Below, piece after piece: positions 23,680-37,149 of a stretch of DNA of 64,000 bases. Made by a program: the position numbers and the translations under genes. Below the pieces are notes generated by a model. It worked only from the letters and a program-made list of their open reading frames with translations, was not told the DNA's origin and ran no database searches. Each line of letters begins with the position of its first letter. Within the stretch, counting starts at the first letter, position 1. The DNA is from Camelus ferus (lineage: Eukaryota), in assembly GCF_009834535.1 (NCBI RefSeq), contig NC_045697.1, forward strand, positions 102,364,001 through 102,428,000, written 5' to 3'.

Positions 23680-24500
23680 GAGAAATGAGCATTCCTCACA
23701 TTAATTCATACTGTTTAATTACTTTCTGAGAAATTTGAGTATTTCACCACTTTCACAGACATTGTATGTGCTTTCTTTGCTAATATGATTAGCATATATG
23801 ATTTTTAATCTCTAAAATTATAATATTTAGTGAGCTTGAACATCTTTAAAAATGTTCAATAGCATTGGTATTTCTTCAATGGTGAAATAATTATCTCTAT
23901 TCATTCTCCACACAGTTCTTTGAGTCTGAGTTTATTTCCCTCTGTGTGTTTTATATGGTAATATTTAATTATTGATTCCAATACTTTCCAACTAATTGAT
24001 CATCTTTTAATTTGGGGGCTTTTGGACACACAAAGTCTTCTAATTTTTAGATATTCAAACCTATCCATTTTAATTTTTTATGATATTTTGAATGTTTTTA
24101 ATTCCTCTCCCAACTATTTAGAGATTACATAGCTATTTGTTTCTACTTTCTTTTAGTTTCACAGTTCTCCTTGCTGATATTAATTGCCACACTTATTGAT
24201 CTGGAATTTATTCTAACATTTAAATAGGTAACCCCTCTTCTGCAATGGTAATATTTTTGCATAATCCTTTTATTCTCGATGGATTTGACCTGCCTCTTTT
24301 AAAAAACAAGTATTATCTACCTATAGAGTGTATCTAGTTTTCCTCTGTCACTTATTTTAAACACTTCTTGAACCAGTTTCTACATAGATTTAATTACCAG
24401 AGCTATAGCAGTGTACCTATCCAACAGTATATTTAGCAACCGTCCACCCAAATGCCCTGCCTTGTTATTATTCTTCCTCCCAAAATAATTCTGAGTTATT
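23680..24500 (-). mobile_element. Highly degraded old L1 (L1ME/L1M5) ORF2 region
   Basis: agtgagcttgaacatcttt...gcattggtatttcttc...gatctggaatttattc...gaaccagtttc. Confidence 0.55.
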
Positions 24501-25189
24501 TTTAACAGTTTAGTTCACCATCATCAAGCCAATTTCAAGGGCAAAACAAATTCTTTTCAAGGCACTCACCATTCTTACTGTGAGCATCGGATGTTTTGTT
24601 ACACTGGATGCCATGGGACCCTCCGGACATCTGCACTTAAACAAATACTGTGGTACGTTTCACCTAGAAAGTATTCCATGACCAAGAACATTCGGGAAAG
24701 GTGGCTTATTTTACCCTCCTCTTGGAAATTCACAACAAACATGAACATATGAAAGAGAGAAAAATAAATTGTGAAATAAAGAAATCCACGCAATATTGTT
24801 TAACCTAGTGTTTTCCAAATTTCCATTTTATTCTACATTTTGCTTAACGATTACTAGCAAACCACCAAAATGGCTTCTCCGTTCTAAATGCTCAAAGAAT
24901 GGTATGTCCTTTTGGCTACTCCTAGTCCTTTTTCATCATTTCTGCCTGAAATGCTGCGGGATCCCCCAGATAAGGAGCGTGTTAACGACCTAGGAGGGCC
25001 CCTAGCTGGCAGAGGACAGGAGCGCTTAGACCTGGCAGAGGCGCTGACCATGCATTATGTCAGACCCATCAAAGGGGTTTCCACTCCTTCATGTTGTGGG
25101 AGCTCATGGCAGCGACTTCAGTCAAGGAGAGAGAGAAGCTGGACCGTGTTGCTTCAGGCTCCTGAAGAGAGGCAGAGCCTGCAGCCCAG

Positions 25190-25600
25190 CTGAAAGCGGG
25201 TCACCTCACCGCTGAGGAACGGCACTGGGTGGCACTCCAGAGACACTGCGGGAAGGGAACAGACCCTTATTCATCCCGGGGGAGATAGTGTTTTTCCTCC
25301 CCTGGGATGGATTCACGCCGGCCAGGCGGCCGTTATGGTTAGGCGTGACTTCCTGAGGGGTTTTCTCTGGATTCACAGAAGGTTCCCTGAGTCCCAGGGA
25401 AAGCCTGACTCACCCACAGCCCCGGCGGGGTGGGGCTGGCATGACTGCGATGCAACCTCTACTTGGCAGAACTTCCCCCACGGTAATTTGCAGCCTAAAA
25501 TCAGCTGCCCCGAGGAGAAATGGAAGAACATGACGAGGAAGAGGCCCCCCAGAGGTGCTGACAGGGGCAGTAAAATCTCCTCGCTCAGGCTTCCAACTGG
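25190..25600. promoter_or_regulatory. GC/CpG-enriched candidate enhancer
   Basis: Local CpG cluster (cacgccggccaggcggccg); ETS site gacttcctg at ~25348; AP-1 site tgactca at ~25406. Confidence 0.3.
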
Positions 25601-26164
25601 TGCCCTAGGATGACATGTGAGGGAGCTTGGAAAATATTTTTTTTTCCTCTACAACTTCCTTTTTCGCTACAGCAGCTTCTCTAACAAGTTCCTGTCCCTA
25701 CACCCTACTAGCTGATGACTAGACTAATAATGGCTCCTAACAGTGCTTTGGATAATTGGAGCCAAGCCCGGTGCCATCTTCCCAACATTGAGTCTTACTT
25801 CTGAGCCCCCAGACATCAATGCTAAAGCTTCTTCTCAACGTCCTATCTTGCATTCTCTATCACTCAAGCTGCAAGAGCAATCTTGGTCTATTTAATGCCA
25901 CCCCTGGAAGAGCTCCTTAAATTCTCACACGCTGTCACTCAGGTGCCAACATAAGTACAGACCTGATTTCTGTAAACAGTGGGGGTGATGGAGCTGCCTG
26001 GGTGATAAGTCCCTCCAAGGAAGTCAAGGGTTTGTTTGCCATTACTTAAAGCAAACAGTAGCCAGACGCCAGATAAAGAGACCATAACAAGTTGACCCTG
26101 AGGCTGGTCGGGAAAGTGAATTGGCAAGTCACAGAAAGAAGAGAAGGAGACACGTGGAAGGACA

Positions 26165-26355
26165 ATTTGCCAAGATGTTCAAATCCCAGGTCTGACTCTT
26201 AACAGTTGAGTGACTTCAGGCCATCTACTTTATCTAGTCTTTAGTTTCCTGTGAAACAGGGGTGGCAATGATGTTTGCTTCACAGGAATGTCATCATGAT
26301 TCAACAAGACAGTGTGTATATAATGCATCTGACCTAGAGTTACGTCCAGGAAATG
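26165..26355 (+). mobile_element. MIR SINE
   Basis: gttcaaatcccaggtctgactcttaacagttgagtgacttcaggc...tagtttcctgtgaaacagggg. Confidence 0.7.
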
Positions 26356-26373
26356 TTAAGAATTATGGTTACA

Positions 26374-26490
26374 ACAGTGGTCTTTGAGGGGTCACTGAAA
26401 CCTTGGAATTTCAGTTTCCATGAGTAACGTTCTGGGAAAATAAGGTCCATAACTTTCATCATGAATTCTCCAAATTATTAAACAACTCCT
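26374..26490. mobile_element. hAT-Charlie MITE fragment
   Basis: cagtggtc...tctgggaaaataaggtccataactttcatca. Confidence 0.4.
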
Positions 26491-28046
26491 GCAATCATGG
26501 AGAAGAGTCAGAAAATATTAAGAGTATCACTGAAATAAAAGACAAACTGATCTTTTCAAAGTTACAAAGATAACAATAAGAATTAATGATATTTGCCAAG
26601 GTGTATTTTTATGTAGAGTCTAATGAACTTCTTCCAGGTAAGTCCATATCATAACAAAAATCCCCTTTGTACAGCACAGCATCCAACATATCATAAGTGC
26701 TTCAAGAGTGAAGAGTGAATAAAGATTTAGAAAAATTGGTTTCAAGAGAAAGTTATACACCAATAGATGGATAAATTAGGCAGGTAAGAACACGAAGAAG
26801 TATATTCCAAAAGTCACTTTAGGGGGGATGTAAGCAGCCCTCTTAGCATTTATTTCACAAGAATATTTCAGTTTTCAAACATTTATGATTTGGATACCAA
26901 AAATTCACTGGAACAGTATCTTTTCAACAGCAGACCAAAGTTTAAGTTTAAAGGATCAGCCACCCTTACATTCTGCTTGAGAACAAAGTCCAAATCACAG
27001 TTTCATTGGTTTTCCTCTTATGGTCCTAACGTGAAACGCATTGTTGAAATGTACATTTATAGAAATTTCCCAGAACCACCTATGATAAACAGAATAGAAA
27101 AGGGAAGATTCTTAAAAACCAAAAGGAAAACAGCCAAGATGGCAAGTAAATTATCTTCTGTGGTGATAAGGTTGGGAGAGAAAGGGGATATGTTTGTGCA
27201 AAGCAACCACAAAGTGCCATCGGAGCTATTGATGGATAAGCTGTTTCTGAAACCATTGCTTTTTAAAGAAACCCTACCAGCAGCAACAAGCAACTCATTT
27301 GCGGCATATTTGTCTTCAAACTGGCGGGGTTTGTTTTTTTTTGGCAAAAGGCTGATAAGCACAACTTAACTTGAGAGAGAAACTGTATATATTTTTCATT
27401 TACACACAGCACCAATGGGAAACTACAGAATGCCTACAACTGTGGGAGCAGGGAACAAATATGCTTATGAGAAGGCAAACGGAGATGCTGGCCAGGTGGA
27501 ACTAAATTCTAGGGAGGGCAAAAAAGTTAAAGAAAAACTGGCCACTGGGAGTGGAGGTGAATCCCTCCTAGAAACTCGAGTTTTTGTTGCTATCTTTCTC
27601 CAACAAATAACATTTCTGCCTAGATTTCCTAAGAAATTCTAAACTGAAATTTTACAGAGTACTGATTTAATAGCTTCCTTTCTGGCCAGTGTATTTTTAT
27701 GAAGCCTGAAAATAGAATTGGAAAAGTAAGTTAACTGATGCAGATCCTACCGTGTCTTTAATAAAGCAAACAGCAATGCCAGAGTCTGATCACACAGTTA
27801 AGTATAGAAGCATCAACTCTTGGGATGAATAAGGAACATGGAGCCCCAGATCATCATTCATAACATCAGGGAAGCCTGCAGAGCCACGTTTCTCAAATTA
27901 TGTTGCACAGAATATTAGTTTCATTGGATGTTAGCAGGTGATACATCAAATTAATGTTCTGTAGTCAAATTTCTCATTCCCTTGCTAAGAAAAAAGGTCA
28001 TATATATACAGATACACATAAGGGACAAACTCAAAGCAGGATTTTT

Positions 28047-29054
28047 TTGAAGTATACTTTTTTACTGAATTATAGTTGATTTACAATATTGTGTTAATTT
28101 CAGATGTACAGTGTAGTGATTCAGTATTTTTGCAGATTGTTGGCATTATAGGTTATTATAAGATAATGGGCATAATTCCCTGTGCTATACAGTATATCTG
28201 TGTTGCTTAATCTATTTTATGCATAGTAGTTTGTGTTCCTTAATACCATATCCCTAATTTGTCCCTCCCCCTTTCTTTCTCTCCTTTGGTAACCACAAGT
28301 TTGTTTTCTGTATCTGTGAATCTCTTTCTGTTTTGTATATATATTCACTTGTATTATTTTTTGGATTCCACATATAAGCGATATCATTCAGTATTTGTCT
28401 TTATCTGACTTATTTCACTGTTCTCTAGGTCCATTCATGTTGCTGCAAAAGGCAGTATTCATTCTTTTTATGGCTGAGTAATATTCCATTATATATAATA
28501 TATATGTGTGTGTATATATATATAAAATCTCACATCTTCTTAATCCAATCATCTGTCAATGGGCATTTAGGTTGCTTCCATGTCTTGGTTGTTATAAATA
28601 GTGCTGTTATGAACACTGGGGTGCATGCATCTTTCAAATTAGTGTTTTTGGTTTTTCCAGATATATGCCCAGGAGTGGAATTGCTGGATCAATCATATGG
28701 TAACTCTATTTTTAGTTTTTTAAGAAGCCTCCATACTGTTTTCCTTAAGGGCCACACCAACTGACATTCCCACCAACAGTATATGAGAGTTCCCTTTTCT
28801 CCACATCCTTGCCAACATTTGTTATTTGTAGATTAAAAATTTTTTTTTCTTTGTTTTGTTTTGGTGGGAAGGTAATTAGGTTTACTTATTTATTTATTTA
28901 TTTTAATGGCAGTACTGGGGATTGAACCCTTGACCTCAGTGCATGCTGAGCACGTGCTCTACTACTGAGCTACACCCTCCCCCTGTTATTTGTACTTTTT
29001 GATGATAGCCATTCTAACATGTGTGAGGTGATACCTCATTATGGTTTTCATTTC
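28047..29054 (-). mobile_element. 5'-truncated L1 (~0.85 kb) hosting a SINE
   Basis: Antisense ORF2 C-terminus and 3'UTR; degenerate TSD caaagcaggattttt (28032-28046) / caaagcaagaattttt (29055-29070). Confidence 0.93.
28835..28983 (-). mobile_element. Camelid tRNA-Ala-derived SINE (Vic-1 type) inserted into L1
   Basis: Minus strand GGGGGAGGGTGTAGCTCAGTAGTAGAGCACGTGCTCAGCATGC...GGGTTCAATCCCCAGTAC; TSD tgttatttgta at 28820-28830 and 28984-28994. Confidence 0.92.
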
Positions 29055-29159
29055 CAAAGCAAGAATTTTTATAACATGTTTTAATAAATTTTCCAGGTTA
29101 TGGTCTAAGACTGGTCATGGTTCTATGACCTACTTTTAGTCCCAGACTGTGTTTAAGAA

Positions 29160-29428
29160 CACTTGTTCTACAAAAACATACACGCATACATAATATATAA
29201 ATAATGTACTTGGTAAAATAATTTTGAGAATTTCTATAATACACCCCTTATTTTTAAGAATCACAATGTACATTAGTTCACTAAAAGCTCTAAAAAGTCT
29301 TACAGCAACAAACCTCTATTTAAGCTAGCATTGCCAAAATTTATCTCATCATGAAACTCTCTTCTTTTTTAATATGTAATATTTATCAATAACTCATAGA
29401 ACTCAGAACTCACTTTGGAATATACTGG
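29160..29428 (+). mobile_element. MER103C-like hAT-Charlie element
   Basis: aatcacaatgtacattagttcactaaaagctctaaaaagtcttacagcaacaaacct...cactttggaatatactg; related fragment at ~27885-27972. Confidence 0.7.
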
Positions 29429-32400
29429 CATAGAAAAATACTTAATGACATAAATTTAATTAAAGCATACAAACAAAGGTTAAAAAACCAAACCAAGAGT
29501 CACAAGACAATGTGTACACTAGGATCCTATTTTTGTAAGATAATCACATATTTGTTTTTCCTATTTTTCTATATATATTTTCGTTACAAAAATGTTTTCG
29601 ATAACATTTTCCAAAAACATTTAATATTGTTTTATTTGGCATGGGGGAAAGCTACCTGGAGTATAGACCCATTTTCTAAGGTTTCCAAGCATTCCCCTCT
29701 CTTTTAGGGTTATAACTGGAGCCAAACACCTTCAGTGAGTGACGGCCCTGTCTTGCTATGCTGGGTGTTGAATGTTGAATATTGAATGCCATGGGAAGTG
29801 CCCCAGGCTCCTATTTCTACTCCTAATTGGTGCACCTGAAAAATATCCATTGACCTGAGCTTTGAATGGCCTGCATAATTAGTATGTATATAACAAGGAG
29901 GCCAAATGTAAAGACGAAGTAATCCCATGCTTTTTCCCCTCAAACAGCAACTTTAGGCACCTGACAAAATACTATTCAATTTTATCTAAATGTCCATTTC
30001 CTCCCTGAGTGAACACAAGCACTGGTTTTCTCCCTCACTTTGGCAGGTGGGCCAAGGATCGCTGAGCAGCAACACGCCGGGAAGCAGACAGATGATGGGA
30101 AACAAGAGAAGCTGCTTGGCCCTCAACTGCCCGGAAGCCGCCCTTTGAAACAAGAAATGACAGGAAGGTTGCTACAGCAGAGACATATACCACCAGGAAA
30201 GGTACCATGTGAAACTTTGGTAGGGCAGAGGAAGAGCTGCCGGGATTAAGGAAGGAGGCAGGGGACAGAGCCTCCACCTTGAAAGAGCTGATAACTGAAT
30301 GCTTAGAGCAGGAGAAAAGTAAGTAACAGATGCATCCACTTTGGCTCTGCTGGGATGCGCCTCTAAGCTCTGAGCCATGAGGGAAGCGGGAAGGCTTCGA
30401 GAGCTGGAGGGTAACATCGCACACAGAAAACTGAGCTGGAAAAACAGTGTAAATTGATCAACCAGAAAGTGTGTGTGTGCCTGCCTCTGTGGAACACGCA
30501 TGAGGCTCCCAGCTGGAGGTGGACGACCAGGTCCATACCCTCAGCAAGCAGGCTTTCTGGTTGGCTAGATGGCATATCTAGAGAAACGTTAAGAAAGGAA
30601 GAAATAAAAACAGCAGGTAATTCGGTTCTACGTGAGCCTGGCACAGAGCCTGGAAAATAGGTACTTACTATATGTTTATTGAATTTAATTAGTTCTCTAA
30701 GCTGTCAGAGGGCTAGACATGAGATCGCTGCAGAGTTATACAGGAAATGAGGATTCCTATTAAGCAGTAACAGACAGGAACAATGGCACAGGTGGTAAAA
30801 TGAACCTCTGGAACACGCTGGGGAGAAGGCAATTAGAAAAGTTTTTAAATCTAAAAATCTGCAATTTAAATTTGACCAGAAAGGTATATTAGAACCACTT
30901 TTATGCTCTAAGAGGGTAAGTGACCATCAAAGAAGTTCTGAGGACCACAGCTGCTGGTGAGAAAGAATGACTGAAAAGAGATGAGTCTTGAATGCGGCAA
31001 ACCAACAAGAAGTCTATTTCTAGGTTTGTGCTACAGCTTTCATGACATAACTTCGGAACTATTGTCGGGAATTGATGGTAGACTCGGGGGTTGGACTGAA
31101 AATAAAAACCACGTTTGGGGCTCAGCCAATGCAATTCATTTATTCGCAAAATCTGGGTGGGCATTCAACCATGGTAAGAGATATACTACAGCGACTACCC
31201 ATTTTTATAATAAAAAGGCATGTAAAATCTTTCATTGTTTGTTACACTTTAAACTGAACTCTAGTACAATAAAAATACGTGTGTGCCAACACGTGTGCTT
31301 GGCAATGTGAGAATCTTGTCTGATATATGGAGTCCAGGAAAACCAAAAAGTAGTAGGGTGGACTAGATGAGCAGTAATCTCAATGGGCAAAAAGATACCC
31401 TCTTCACTGGCATCATCTTAACTGGGAGAAAGAAGAAGGAAGAGGAGGACACAGCTGAAACTTTTGTCCTCAGTACATTTTCTAAGTGATCTGCATCCAC
31501 ATGGGACGTGAGCCATCACAAAATGAATTCCCATTTTCTGGTGATTACAAAGCAGACTGCAGTGAAGCCTGAGCCCAGCACAGCACCAGTTGTGTGGCCC
31601 TGATCTTGTATACATTAGCTTATTGCTTATATGAATGTCCCTTGCATCTTTCTTGGCTGTCCACAGCAAAGGCCCTGTGGCATGCACATCGGAGATGAGT
31701 AGAAACCTACTATGTGCCTCATTCTCCCTTCATCGCAAGCACAGCCATACATATTTCCAAACCACAAACCAAAACTCGTTTCTATCGCTGCTTATATAAG
31801 CTACCAATACTTTAATTGTATGCATTTGTGCAGTGCTGCAGTGTAGCTGGGTGCATGTGTTCTTTAACACATCTGTCTTCCCTGCTTATCTGAGGAGGCA
31901 GACCCTGAAGAGTATGACCCAATCCGTCTCAGTTCATGCCAGCATGATGTGAAAAGATGTCTACACAGAACAGAAAGAGCAGTTCACTGAAGCATGTAGA
32001 GCAATCTGTTGGCTTTATCAAATATCTGCAACTATATTCCTCTAGCTGTTGGAAATAAGAAATCATCACACTATAGTCAGCACCTGTTTCCAATATGAAC
32101 GCCCTTCAACTGTGATGAAAAATCATTGCATTACTGTTAAGTATGAAATCTCCAAAGATAGCCCCATACTTAAGGACCTACCTGCTGGGATCAAGTGCTC
32201 AACCACGTGGAAAATCACCTCACTTTCAAAGCAGCAGAAGTACTGATGTGTCCAGGCACCCTCATGAGGCTGTTCCCTCTCAGTCTCCAATTTTTTTTAA
32301 ATCCAACCCTGCTTTGGCTTCCAACAGGAGAGCCCAAAGGTAAACAGATGCATCTCAATTTATTGCATTGGGGGAAAAAAAGTAATTGATTGTTTAGAGT

Positions 32401-35400
32401 GGAGCTCTGAATTATACTCTGAACCAGGCTTTGTGTGAGTTAAGTTATCAATGAGCCATCTAGTGCTAAAATCTTGAAGAAAAAATTGTACAGGCTGGAG
32501 GAGTGGAGGAAGGAAAAAGCTGCTTCTATTTTATATTTGTTAATGAGGCTAAGAAGCTGCCCGTCTTCCCCTGAAACCTAGAAGTTTTGAAAAAGAAGAG
32601 TATAGGAACTTCCAGGATGATTTCCATGCATTAAGTTCCACCATTCATTTCATTTCATAAAGGCATTTTTGTTCCTGAAATCATTACTCCAGATAAGAAA
32701 ATGTCCCATCATGACTCTGTGAAACCAGACCCAGAGAACACATTTTGGCAGCGTCTCTTGACCAAAGAGTGGTACTCAGTATCAGGACTTGTTTTTCTCC
32801 CAAAGACAGATGCCACCAATGTTAGACTGCATTCGCAATGGAAATCATCGCTTGGGCACGGAATCCAGCCACAGAGGATTTGGCAAAAAGGCTGTAACCT
32901 CTTCTCTCTCCTCACCAGTGAGAATCCCACCACAGTTTTCCATCCGTTGGTGACCTCCATCCCAGATTACCTCAATGCCCTTTGCTCAGGGCTATGGTTA
33001 AAGACCTCCCAGAAGCTACAGCTGTTGGTACAGAATACATCAGTTGTCTAGCTGCTAACGGTCATAGGCTGACGTGACTGGAGTGCCTCCGAATCCCCAG
33101 GGCCCATCTGGCTTAGGCTGGTGGCCCCAAGCCCTTCCATCAGCCTGACTCACTGAGTTTTTCAAGAAGTATATTGGGCCCGTTGATACTTTCCAACTTC
33201 TGAATCTCCCTGCACTTCTAGGCAAGGAGATGGATTGAATGTAAGTAAAAGGTAGAAAACACTCTTGAGAATGGACAGATGTAAAAGGAAGTATCAGTGA
33301 ATTCTCTCAGCAATGCACAATGAATTAGGCAAGAAACTGGCAGTAAAGAAAGTATGATTCTCCCTGAAAGGAGGCCATGGAATGCACACGCTTACCAGCT
33401 GGAGGCCAGAGACTGTAGCAAGATGGTCTCCCTAGCTGGTTCCTACTATCAAAACAGCTAATTAAGAGTTTGAATAAAATGCATATGAAATAGCAATTTT
33501 CATCAGAGGACATACGACTTGATTCTGCTTCCTGTGGTCTGCAGGGAAATTCAAGATTATCAGCAAGGATCCCAGGTCTGTTGACTATGGAAATATAATA
33601 TAAAAAAAAATAGCAAGGCACAATGTTGTTGTCCTTAAATGCTTCACTTCTAGAAGTTTGCTTTCATAAAACACTTGCTTTGAAATCAGAAACAGAAAAC
33701 AGTGCACCAATTACATGAAAGGCCCTGATGTACTCAGTGGTTATGTAGGTTCTACTCTTTTGAGTTTTGGACTAGTCACCATTTATTTAAAACTGGGCAT
33801 TAGAAAACAATTTTAAAACATTCATTGAGAATAACTAACATAACACGGTGCATACACTATAAGGTTTACTGAGGGCTGACAGGCACGTGCCACAGTGATA
33901 ACTCCTGTTCCACTCAGAGAAATCGGCTATGCTTGCTGACAGCAAAACCAGAGGTGCGCTCAAGGAAGGCAATCCACACGCAAATGGCAGAACCAGCATC
34001 TAGTGCTGTGATAAAAGATTCAAGCAAGCCAGTAGGAATGACCTACCCAGGAATCAAGGTGAACTCTTTCACTATCCAAAGAGAAAGACACTTCATAACC
34101 AAGCATTTCAAGTGAATGGATACTCAGAAATTGAGACTCAAGTTAAACAAATCAGATTCATAGAATGAATTCCCAGAAGCTGTTTTATGCTAGTAAGTAC
34201 ATTAAAGTAACTCTGTAGAAATCGTTACTGTCTGTATTTCAGACGTTCCTAGGAGTGTTTAAAAAAAGGAGCTGATGACAAATCAGCATACTCAATGAAG
34301 ATAACTGTATGAGGAAACGCATGTTAAAATATACTGACACCGATCCTACGCATGTATTGCAGGGACATAGCTCACACGCATCTCCCTGGAAAGCCTTGGG
34401 GTCTCCATCCTGATTCCTCATGAAGCCTCCTTCACAACACTGGTTACCTTCATCATGGTCCCCACACTGACTCAGCCAGTTACCAGCTACAGGGCCCCAT
34501 GCCTGCCTGCATGTTTACTGCAAGTGTAACGATCCTGCCAATGGCGTCCCCATTCTAAGGACTCCACTTAGAAGATGAGTATTTAGAGAATTAGCAGCAT
34601 GGGAATGAAACTGGGCATTGGTGGCTGGTGATTATTAGTTAAAGAGGCAGACATGGCCCCACCCCAGTGAAGAGGGAAAAGAGCAAAGGTAGAGACACGG
34701 GGCAGTGGGGAGGTTGGGGTGGGGTTGAGGGGAGTGTCCAGTTAAAGTGGAAACTGAGGGAGGATACAAAGGAGGGGACAAACTGGTTATTCAGAATCTT
34801 CAAATATAGGCAGAGACATTTAAACCTGATTCAGAAAGAAAACAGACCCCAAGAACTAACAGAGGAAAAAGAATGCTGGTGCAGCTGATAATGAAAAGTC
34901 CATTGCTCCCCTCCCTTTCCTTGATTTTCTGTTACTTTATGATACTGCTTATAAATATCCTTAAGCTGTGTTTCCTGGTTAAGGTTACTTTCTTCCATAA
35001 GCATTTGCTGGGAATCTACCCCGCGCTGGGCATGCAGCAGTCATCAAGATAAATTCCCCATTGCCTGAAAATGGAAAGGGTATCATGTCTCTAGATAATG
35101 TGGCGAAAATAGAAATTCTTCTAAAATAAAAGTTTTGGTATGATGCATTTCTAATCTGAATGGGGAACAGCTTTCATGGGCTGAAAATCAATGGAAGAAA
35201 TAAAGAAAGTAGGGACAGATTCAAATATATAAAAATTTTTTAAAAACTGCTTGTCAAAACTTCTAAATTAAAAAGAGAAAAAGAGGAGAAAATCTAAGCA
35301 ATAGTTAACCTAAAAGTTGATACTAATAGTTAAAAATGGAAAGCAAACAGAAATAACGTTTGCAACAAACATGGATGTTGTAATTATGAAGCAGACACGG

Positions 35401-35432
35401 ACGTGATAAATCCAAAAGACGTGATCTGACAT

Positions 35433-35804
35433 TGCTGTGGTCTGAAGGTCTGTATTGCCCCCAAACTCATATGTTGAAATCCTAACCCCCAAAGATGAGG
35501 GTATTAGGATGTGGGGCCTTGGGAAGATGCTTAAGTCATGAGGGGGGGAGCCCTCATGAATGGGACTGGCTTCCTTATAGGAAAAAGGCTCCAGGGAAGT
35601 CCCCAGCCTGTTTCACGATGTGAGGACCCAGTGAGAAGGTCCTGGCTATGAACCAGGAAGATGGTGCTCACCAGAGAAGGCAAGCATGCTCGTGCCTTGA
35701 TTTTGAACTTCCCAGCTTGTAAAATTGTGAGCGATAAATTTCAGTTGTTTATAAGCTACCTTGTCTGTGATATTTTGTTACAGCAGCCTCAACAGACTAA
35801 GACA
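35433..35804 (+). mobile_element. MaLR solo LTR (MLT1A/A0-type)
   Basis: tgctgtggtctgaa...ccaaactcatatgttgaaatcctaacccc...cagactaagaca; near-TSD gacat / aacat. Confidence 0.92.
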
Positions 35805-36949
35805 AACATACGACCGTAATTCGTGCACTCAAAGGAAACGCTGGATTTTTATCATTTTTAAAATAAAAAAAAAAAGATTTTACAAAATAATCAAATGTCG
35901 TAACATTAAAACGTCTATATTTTAAAGATGAGGTGTGTTTAAAGATTTTAAAAGCAGCTCAATTCAGTTTGGAGCCATTGTATGCACCCCCCATTCAGTA
36001 CAACTTCCAATTCCTTTGTTGATCTTATTTGAAACTGGTACTTTGTCTCACCCTATTCTCCTAATTTTAAGTTAAATTGGCTTCCTGAGTTGCCTGATGC
36101 AGGAACACCTGAACTTTTTCTTTATATCAAATCCTCTTTTCTTCCACTCTTATTGTAAATGCTAACTCTCTTATCAAATGTTTTCTATATGTGCTTTCTC
36201 ACCTAATTAGGTACAAGATTACTTTTGTCCAGCTCTTTCGTGGAAGTACAAAGAAATCTGCAAGGAGATTAGGCGGAACATCCCCATGTCAGCAGTGTGG
36301 ACTGAGCTGCTTTTTCAAATCTCAAGGTCTGTCTCACTTTGCCCATGTCTGTTTTCTTGCTTCAACCCAATTACGTGGTATTTCCTGAATTCTAAGAAAC
36401 TCATTACTTTTCATGTTTTAATATTTCTCAAATTGGAGTTTTAATTAAATTTGCCAAAGTTTCCTCATTACTTTTTACTCATTATCTTAATTGCAATGTA
36501 GCAGTCCACTTACTAAGGGCGATAGCTTATATTCAATATAAAACTTGTAAAATATAAAGCACATTGAATAAAAAAAAGATACTATTTTCTCAAAGGCTAA
36601 ATCTCTCCTCTACAGAAAATTTTAAAAATAGATTTTTTTAAATCTCAGTAAGATGTCATTAAATTTCTTTCATGATTCAGACTTTAAATAATCCCTCTAA
36701 ATTTTGAAGAATGTATATAACAAAAATTTTCCCCTGGCACTCATTATAAAAGCAATTCTGGAAGACCTGGAGAAACATTTAACTACTTAGAAGTTGGGAG
36801 GAACATTCTTTTGCAAGGAGACACCTGCTTTGTTGAAAATAACTGGGCTGCTATTCAGCTGATGCACTTTCAGGGCAAAAATGACGATGTCCGTTTTGAC
36901 TGTCGAGTGCCACGTTACGCCTGTCATTACACACTTGGCACATCACCCA

Positions 36950-37149
36950 ATTGTGTGTTGGTGGATGTTTAACAATAACTCTCTGGGGAAAACTGGGGAG
37001 GCGGCGAGTGGAAGTCTTGATGTGTAGCATTTCCAATCTCCTTGGTTTCCCACCACAGCCAATTTCAAGCTACTAACATCACATCACTGAATGCAGAGTT
37101 AGGAAGAGATGCACACACGCTCCCCTGATAGATTCCAGCACACATCTGA
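36950..37149. mobile_element. MER63A-like hAT element
   Basis: gtgtgttggtggatgtttaacaa...gccaatttcaagctactaac...tcactgaatgcagagttaggaagagatgcaca...ttccagcacacatctg. Confidence 0.82.

Noticed and set aside
26890..27369. 159-aa ORF (+) and antisense 101-aa ORF
   Set aside because: Non-ATG start and no recognisable family; consistent with chance ORFs. tBLASTn or PhyloCSF would settle it.
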